A stretch of 37,564 nucleotides of DNA, taken from an uncultured Alistipes sp. GTDB taxonomy: Bacteria > Bacteroidota > Bacteroidia > Bacteroidales > Rikenellaceae. Below are positions 31,988 to 37,564 of the stretch, in pieces. Location: the NCBI GenBank assembly GCA_904502075.1, contig CAJGDL010000001.1:1-37564 (forward strand), in the 5' to 3' direction. Position 1 is the stretch's first letter; every line of letters begins with the position of its first letter. The notes below the pieces were generated by a model, which was not told where the DNA came from, did not search any database, and saw nothing but the letters and a program-made list of their open reading frames with translations. The translations under genes were made by a program, and so were the position numbers.

Positions 31988-32782
31988 ATGAAACACCTTT
32001 CGATTTTTCTGTTTTTGTTGCTGCCCAGCGTAGTTGTAGCCCAACTCTACCATCCGGGCGAAGAGCTCTCCTACAGCGTGAGCTACCGCGCCAAACTCAT
32101 CCCCAACGTGGAGGCCGCCACCGTCACGGTCAAGACCACGCGCGAGGAGTACAACGGCAAGGAGGTCTACAAGGTAGTGGGACACGGCAAGACCCTGCCC
32201 ACCTATCGTCTCTTCTTTACCCTGGACGACTACTACACGATCCGCATCGACCCCGAAACGATGCGCACCGTACGGTTCGACTCCGACCTGCACGAGGGCG
32301 ACTACACCTTCCGCAGCCGCTACGACTACGATTGGGAGCAGATGCAGGTCTCGACCTGGTGGCAATCGCGACAGCGTACCCCACAACAGCGAAAAATCGA
32401 CTTGACGACCGAGAGCATGGATGCCATCTCGCTCTTCTTCAATATGCGTTCGGCCAAGGCCGACAGCTTCCGCGAAGGCGAACAACGCACCCTACAACTG
32501 CTCCTCGAAGATACAGTGCGCTACCTGAACTACCGCTACATCGGCCGCGAGGAGAAGAAGATTCGCCGCATGGGCAAGTTCCGCACCCTGAAATTCGCCT
32601 GCCAGATCGGCTCCTCGGAGGGGTACTCCTTCACCGACGGCGACGAGTTCTTCCTCTGGATCTCGGACGACAAGAACAAAATCCCCCTTTGGCTCGAATC
32701 TCCAATCAAGGTAGGAAGCATTCAGGCCTACATCACAGAACTCAAGGGATTGAAATATCCGTTGGACAGCAAAATTAAATAG
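31988..32782 (+). CDS. DUF3108-like exported protein
   Basis: Signal peptide, GEELSY near the N-terminus, and C-terminal WISDDKNKIP...IKVGSIQA. Confidence 0.72.
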   Translation: MKHLSIFLFLLLPSVVVAQLYHPGEELSYSVSYRAKLIPNVEAATVTVKTTREEYNGKEVYKVVGHGKTLPTYRLFFTLDDYYTIRIDPETMRTVRFDSDLHEGDYTFRSRYDYDWEQMQVSTWWQSRQRTPQQRKIDLTTESMDAISLFFNMRSAKADSFREGEQRTLQLLLEDTVRYLNYRYIGREEKKIRRMGKFRTLKFACQIGSSEGYSFTDGDEFFLWISDDKNKIPLWLESPIKVGSIQAYITELKGLKYPLDSKIK

Positions 32783-32836
32783 CCCAAATATTTCTCTACG
32801 CAATACAACCCGAACAAAAAAATTAAGTTTAAAAAT

Positions 32837-33778
32837 ATGGAAGATTACAACAAGAACAACGAAGGGTATCGTCCCGAGTACGACTACGAAGACGAACCCC
32901 AAGGACTGAACGCCGAGAAGTCGATCCGCGGCTACCGCATCGTGATCATTCTCCTGGCCGTGATTCTGGCGGCCCTGTCGATCCTCTACTTCAACATCCA
33001 CCGCCAGCAGCAGGCCGACTACGCCCTGCTGGAGATCGACCGTGACTCGATCCAGAACAACCTCTCGAACCTGATGGTCGATTTCGACAGCCTGCAGTTC
33101 AACAACGACTCGATCAACGCCTCACTGGCCATCGAAAAGCAACGTGCCGACTCGCTGATGGATCGCCTCAAGAAGGAGCGTTCGTGGAGCTACGCCAAGA
33201 TCAAGAAGTATGAGAAGGAGGTGGGCACCCTGCAGAGTCTGATGCGCAACTACCTGCGCCAAATCGACTCGCTGAACACCCTGAACAAGAAACTCATCAC
33301 CGAGAATGTGAGCTACCGCAAGGAGATTTCGTCGATCACGCAGCGAGCCGAATTGGCCGAAGAGAAGGCCACGGAGCTCGACAACATGGTGAAAGCCGGC
33401 TCGGTACTGAAGGCCCGAAGCATCCGCCTCACGGCCCTCAACAACCGTGGCAACGAGGTCTCGCGCATCAAGAATGCTGCCCGTCTGCGTACCGACTTCA
33501 TGCTTGCCGCCAACGAGCTCACCACGCCGGGCGACAAGACGATCTATGTCCGCATCATCGCCCCTGACGGCTATGTCCTCTCGACCGAGGGTGCCCCCAC
33601 GTTTGAGTTCGAGGGCGAGCGCATCTCCTACTCGGCCCAGCGCACGATCGACTACCAAAACGAGGATATCGAGGTCGGTATCTTCTACTCGGGTTCGGGC
33701 TTCACGGCCGGCACCTACACCGTACAACTCTATGCCGAAGGCCGCATGATCGGCTCCTCGGAGGTAGCCATGCGATAA
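32837..33778 (+). CDS. Hypothetical single-TM coiled-coil protein
   Basis: One TM helix, a long heptad-rich region and a beta-rich C-terminal domain (GTYTVQLYAEG). Confidence 0.75.
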   Translation: MEDYNKNNEGYRPEYDYEDEPQGLNAEKSIRGYRIVIILLAVILAALSILYFNIHRQQQADYALLEIDRDSIQNNLSNLMVDFDSLQFNNDSINASLAIEKQRADSLMDRLKKERSWSYAKIKKYEKEVGTLQSLMRNYLRQIDSLNTLNKKLITENVSYRKEISSITQRAELAEEKATELDNMVKAGSVLKARSIRLTALNNRGNEVSRIKNAARLRTDFMLAANELTTPGDKTIYVRIIAPDGYVLSTEGAPTFEFEGERISYSAQRTIDYQNEDIEVGIFYSGSGFTAGTYTVQLYAEGRMIGSSEVAMR

Positions 33779-33784
33779 AGGACG

Positions 33785-34345
33785 ATGGATATAGCTCAAC
33801 AGAAACGACGCGAGAATATCGCCGAATACATCCTCTACCTTTGGCAGTTGGAGGATCTGCTGCGCGCCCTGCAATTCAGCCCCGAGGCGATCTACTCGCA
33901 GCTCGTGGCTCCGCGCCAAATCCCCGAGGAGGGGAAGAACAACTTCTTGATTTGGTACATGGAGATCGGCAACCTGCTACGTCAGGAGGGCAAGGAGTCG
34001 CAGGGACACCTCGACCACACCTTGCACCTGATCGGGGATCTACACAACCTCCATCTGCAACTCATGGAGCTTCCTATTGGGGAGCACTACCGCCAAACCT
34101 TTGCGCGCGTAGCCCCCGAGTTACCCCGCCTCAGGCTGATCCTGGGCAAGGAGAAGGCCGAGATGAGCGACACGGAGTTGCAGTTCCGCGCCCTCTATGC
34201 CGCGATGCTCTACCGCATCAAGGGCGAGGGAGAGAAGTCGCCCGTGAGCGATACGCTGGCCCTGATCTCCCCGGCAATTGGAGAACTCGCCGCCCTCTAT
34301 GGCAAGGTGGAGCGAGGCGAGATCGACCTCTTCAAGAGCGAGTAG
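33785..34345 (+). CDS. DUF4924-like protein
   Basis: N-terminal AQQKRRENIAEYILYLWQLEDLLRA is typical of this Bacteroidetes family. Confidence 0.75.
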   Translation: MDIAQQKRRENIAEYILYLWQLEDLLRALQFSPEAIYSQLVAPRQIPEEGKNNFLIWYMEIGNLLRQEGKESQGHLDHTLHLIGDLHNLHLQLMELPIGEHYRQTFARVAPELPRLRLILGKEKAEMSDTELQFRALYAAMLYRIKGEGEKSPVSDTLALISPAIGELAALYGKVERGEIDLFKSE

Positions 34346-34372
34346 TGCCCATGGCATACCCTATATAACCAC

Positions 34373-34408
34373 CAGCGGGGTCCCATAAAGGAGACCCCGC
34401 TGATTTTT
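34373..34408 (+). terminator. Intrinsic terminator between convergent genes
   Basis: Stem CAGCGGGGTC/GACCCCGCTG followed by ATTTTT. Confidence 0.75.
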
Positions 34409-35545
34409 CTACGTCGTCCGATCGCTCGCTAAAATGCCGTGGATGGCTCGGCGCAAATTTTCACGCGCCACCTCCGAGCGCATCGCCTCCGAGAGGGGTT
34501 GGCCCTCGGGAGTTACCCCACAGATCTGCGCAAAACCACTCTCAAGAAGCTCTTTACAAAGTTCGACACGGCCCGCCAGGGCGATGCACGGGATCTTCAT
34601 TCGTCGGGCCACCTGCAACACCCCCATCGGGAGTTTGCCCATCAGGGTCTGACGGTCGATACACCCCTCGCCCGTAATGATGCAATCGGCCCCCTCGATC
34701 TGCGACTCAAAACGCAGCATCTGCAACAGCCACTCGATGCCGCGCTCCAGGCGGGCACCCAACAGCGCCACCAAGGCACCCCCCACCCCACCGGCAGCAC
34801 CCGCTCCCGGGAGGTCGGCCATCTGCCTGCCATTGTAGTGCTCAACCACCACGGCGAAGTGGCGAAGTCCGCGATCCAACCGCTCCACCAGCGCGGGATC
34901 GGCCCCCTTCTGCGGGCCATAGACTGCGGCAGCCCCCTGGGCACCGCAGAGCGGATTGTGCACATCGCACGCCACGCGGATCTCCACCCCCTGCAACTCG
35001 CTCAAGCACTGCGAGGCATCTATTTTTTCGATCGCTTCAAGCACTTCTCCTCCGCCAATCAATTCGCTGCCCGCAGCATCCAAAAATCGAAATCCGAGGG
35101 CGCGCAACATCCCCACCCCGCCATCGTTCGTGGCACTGCCTCCGATGCCGAGCACCAGCCGTCGGCATCCGGAGCGAAGAGCGTGGGCAATCAGTTCGCC
35201 AAAGCCGTAGGTAGTAGCCCGCCACGGATCACGCTCCTCGGGGGACAGGAGTGTCAGGCCGTTTGCCCGAGCCAACTCCACCACGGCCGTTTCACCCCCA
35301 TCGACCCGACCATAACAAGCCCGAATGGGGCGACCCAACGGATCGCTCACCTCCACCTCAACATAGCGCCCCCCAAGCCCCTCGACCAGGGCCTCGAGGG
35401 TCCCCTCGCCTCCATCGGCCAGGGGGATGGAGTGCACCTCGCAATGAGGATCCGCCTCGCGAATCCCCGCAGCCAGAGCCTCGGCGACCTCGCGCGACGA
35501 GAGTGACCCTTTGAACGAATCACAAGCAATAACGATCTTCTTCAT
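34409..35545 (-). CDS. glxK: Glycerate kinase (GlxK/GarK family)
   Basis: Motifs DSFKGSL, ADGGEGT, GIGGSATNDGG, GAGAAGG and ITGEG. Start placed at MKKIVIA. Confidence 0.92.
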   Translation of the reverse strand: MKKIVIACDSFKGSLSSREVAEALAAGIREADPHCEVHSIPLADGGEGTLEALVEGLGGRYVEVEVSDPLGRPIRACYGRVDGGETAVVELARANGLTLLSPEERDPWRATTYGFGELIAHALRSGCRRLVLGIGGSATNDGGVGMLRALGFRFLDAAGSELIGGGEVLEAIEKIDASQCLSELQGVEIRVACDVHNPLCGAQGAAAVYGPQKGADPALVERLDRGLRHFAVVVEHYNGRQMADLPGAGAAGGVGGALVALLGARLERGIEWLLQMLRFESQIEGADCIITGEGCIDRQTLMGKLPMGVLQVARRMKIPCIALAGRVELCKELLESGFAQICGVTPEGQPLSEAMRSEVARENLRRAIHGILASDRTT

Positions 35546-35549
35546 AGAA

Positions 35550-35557
35550 CAAAGATA
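35550..35557 (-). promoter_or_regulatory. -7 box 4 nt upstream of the glycerate kinase ATG
   Basis: The minus strand reads TATCTTTG-TTCT-ATG. Confidence 0.6.
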
Positions 35558-35559
35558 AT

Positions 35560-35592
35560 AAAACTTTAGGTTGGGCAAAACCCAACCTAAAG
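35560..35592 (-). terminator. Terminator of the BlaI/M56-TonB operon
   Basis: 12-bp perfect stem CTTTAGGTTGGG/CCCAACCTAAAG, followed by TTTT on the minus strand. Confidence 0.7.
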
Positions 35593-35619
35593 AAATCTGC
35601 GATAAACCAGGCCCTCGCT

Positions 35620-37065
35620 TTAGAGGTTGAATATCAAGGGGAGCACATAACGCACCGAGACCTTTTGTCCCTTCTGCATGCCGGGCTCCCAGCGGGGCGA
35701 AGAGCTCACCACGCGGATAGCCTCGCTGCTCAATAGGGCGTGGGGGCTCTGTAAGACCTTGACCTCGGTCACCGCACCCTCCTCGTTGATCACAAACTGC
35801 ACCAGCACGCGCCCCGAGATCTTCTTGGCTATGGCCTCCTGGGGATACTTCATGTTTTCGGCCACCCAAACCTGAAATTCTCGGAGCCCTCCGCCCTGAA
35901 ACGAGGGCATCTTCTCGGCCGAGAGCATCGGCTGTGTCTGCTCCACGGGCTGCTCTTTACGGAGTTTCAGCACCAACTCCGTATCGTCGAGGAATTGGAA
36001 TGTCAGGCGGTCGTAACCCACCATCACCACTTCACCTTCACTGCCCGAGGCCACCCGGAGGTCAAATCGCCCCTCGGCATTGGTTACCACACCGCGCTCA
36101 CCACTGCGCACCACGGCACCCATGATCGGATTACCGGCCACATCGGTTACCACACCTCGGTACTCGGAAACAGCAACCTCGGGGGTCGGCATCGGATTCG
36201 AAGGCGCTTCAAATTGGGTTGCGCGGGCTGTAGAGCCAAAGGCTACCACCAGGGCCATAACCAGCGACAGCGTGGCTGCCGCGCGAAGCCGCGTATAACG
36301 GCTTACATTCTTCTGTGTCATCATTTGGAATCGTTTTTTTGTTAGTGAATTACGCAACCCGTTGGCAATGTCCGGACTATAGCCAAAAAGTTGCTTGAAA
36401 ATAATCTGAATATAGCGATCGGCTCTCTCACCGGAGGCCAGCACATCGTGGTCAGCCTCAAACTCTTGTACTTCGGTTAATCGACGGAATGCCAACCAAA
36501 TAAAGGGGTTCCACCACAGCAGGGCCCTCCAAAGCTCCATCCAAAGGCGTTCGTGGGAGTGGCGATGGCGGATGTGGCTCTCTTCGTGCCGAAGGATCAC
36601 CAACAACTCCTCCTCGGGGGTCGAAGCCGAGAGATAGACCGTGCCGAAGAACGAGAAGGAGGCAATGGGGGTCGAGGTGCGCACCACACGAATCCCCCGC
36701 CAGGTCTCGATCTCCGCCCCGCGCTCCAGCAGGCTGATCTTCCACACCTGGTAGGCCATCAACCCCAAGAGCAGGAGCACCCCTGCGCCATAGAGGAGTC
36801 CGAAGGCCTCCACCCAACCGAAAGTCGCGGCCTCGGGGGCAGTCTCAACAACCGCCTCGGCATGCGGCACTTCCGCCAAAGGGGCAAGCACCACCATCCG
36901 GCCCGGCCACAAGGGAATTTGCAGGAGCGGGATCACCACCGACAACAGCGGGAGCAGTGTAAGGTAGCGGCGGCACCAGCGAAAATCGACCCGCCGCTCC
37001 AAAAGCCAGGCATAACCAATAAAAAGCAGTCCGGCGACCGCAACCATTTCGAGCAAAGGTTTCAT
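35620..37065 (-). CDS. M56 (BlaR1/MecR1-like) metallopeptidase fused to carboxypeptidase-regulatory-like and TonB C-terminal domains
   Basis: HEESH zinc motif, LWWNPF and QEFEAD. Middle domain GVVTDVAGNPIMGA. TonB-C MPSFQGG...YPQEA...GRVLVQFVI...WEPG. Confidence 0.88.
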   Translation of the reverse strand: MKPLLEMVAVAGLLFIGYAWLLERRVDFRWCRRYLTLLPLLSVVIPLLQIPLWPGRMVVLAPLAEVPHAEAVVETAPEAATFGWVEAFGLLYGAGVLLLLGLMAYQVWKISLLERGAEIETWRGIRVVRTSTPIASFSFFGTVYLSASTPEEELLVILRHEESHIRHRHSHERLWMELWRALLWWNPFIWLAFRRLTEVQEFEADHDVLASGERADRYIQIIFKQLFGYSPDIANGLRNSLTKKRFQMMTQKNVSRYTRLRAAATLSLVMALVVAFGSTARATQFEAPSNPMPTPEVAVSEYRGVVTDVAGNPIMGAVVRSGERGVVTNAEGRFDLRVASGSEGEVVMVGYDRLTFQFLDDTELVLKLRKEQPVEQTQPMLSAEKMPSFQGGGLREFQVWVAENMKYPQEAIAKKISGRVLVQFVINEEGAVTEVKVLQSPHALLSSEAIRVVSSSPRWEPGMQKGQKVSVRYVLPLIFNL

Positions 37066-37099
37066 TTTGATCCGATTTAGGGAATGGGAAGAGGTGTTT

Positions 37100-37486
37100 C
37101 TAATGCTTCTTTACTTTTTCCATGATCTCGAGGATCTCGGACATCTCCTCATGCGAAATATCTTCGTGCTGTGAGAAGAACGACACGAGTTGCGAGAGCG
37201 AGCCTCCGAAGTAGGTCGAGAGCATCGAGCGCAGATTCCGTCCCGCATAGTGCTCTCGCTCCACCAACGGGAAGTAGCGAAAGCCTTTGCCCGCCACCTC
37301 GTGGCCCACAAATCCCTTGTTCTCCAAAATCTTGACAAAGGTGGCCACCGTCGTATACTTGGGTTTGGGCTCGCGCATGCGGGCAATAATCTCGTTGACC
37401 GACCCCGCGCCCAACTCCCAAAGGATCTGCATCACCTCCTCCTCGCCGCGCGTCAACTCCGGCATGTGATCTGTTGTATTTTTCAT
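37100..37486 (-). CDS. BlaI/MecI/CopY family transcriptional repressor
   Basis: Motifs LTRGEEEVMQILW, YTTVATFVKILENKG and YFGGSLSQLVSFF. Lies upstream of the M56 gene. Confidence 0.93.
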   Translation of the reverse strand: MKNTTDHMPELTRGEEEVMQILWELGAGSVNEIIARMREPKPKYTTVATFVKILENKGFVGHEVAGKGFRYFPLVEREHYAGRNLRSMLSTYFGGSLSQLVSFFSQHEDISHEEMSEILEIMEKVKKH

Positions 37487-37564
37487 TGCACTCTCTGATT
37501 TTTCCGACCCTCACGGTTTATCCGAACAGAGTCTTTTTCCTGTTTACGAAGACAAATCTACTAC

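Overview
Core-genome segment of a GC-rich Bacteroidetes, most likely Alistipes/Rikenellaceae-like (inferred from gene content, TAnnTTTG promoters and AT-rich leaders without Shine-Dalgarno sequences). It holds about 30 mostly housekeeping genes: cstA, rpmH, murA, tdk, PFOR/nifJ, an M16 peptidase pair, yceD-rpmF-plsX-fabH, purB, mlaE/F, gap, a ROK kinase, a polyprenyl synthetase, a U32 protein, a pullulanase, recG, a glycerate kinase and BlaI/M56-TonB, plus tRNA-Thr(CGT). I found no transposase, integrase, phage gene or CRISPR-Cas. The novelty is non-coding. (1) A dispersed family of long imperfect palindromes (7 copies, 2 subfamilies, about 125 bp in complete copies) has a conserved apex CGG-ATGGG-NN-GTAC-N4/5-GTAC-NN-CCCAT-TCG and clear compensatory changes. 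Most copies sit at the stop codons of central-metabolism genes, and one pairs with the last codons of PFOR. (2) A compact candidate sigma54-dependent small RNA at about 19035-19147 has three hairpins and an unpaired segment complementary to start-codon regions. (3) Further REP-like and short tandem repeat families are stacked in the same intergenic hot spots. There is also a probable 1-nt frameshift in a hypothetical gene and a probable leaderless glycerate kinase mRNA. All calls come from reading the sequence; no searches were run.
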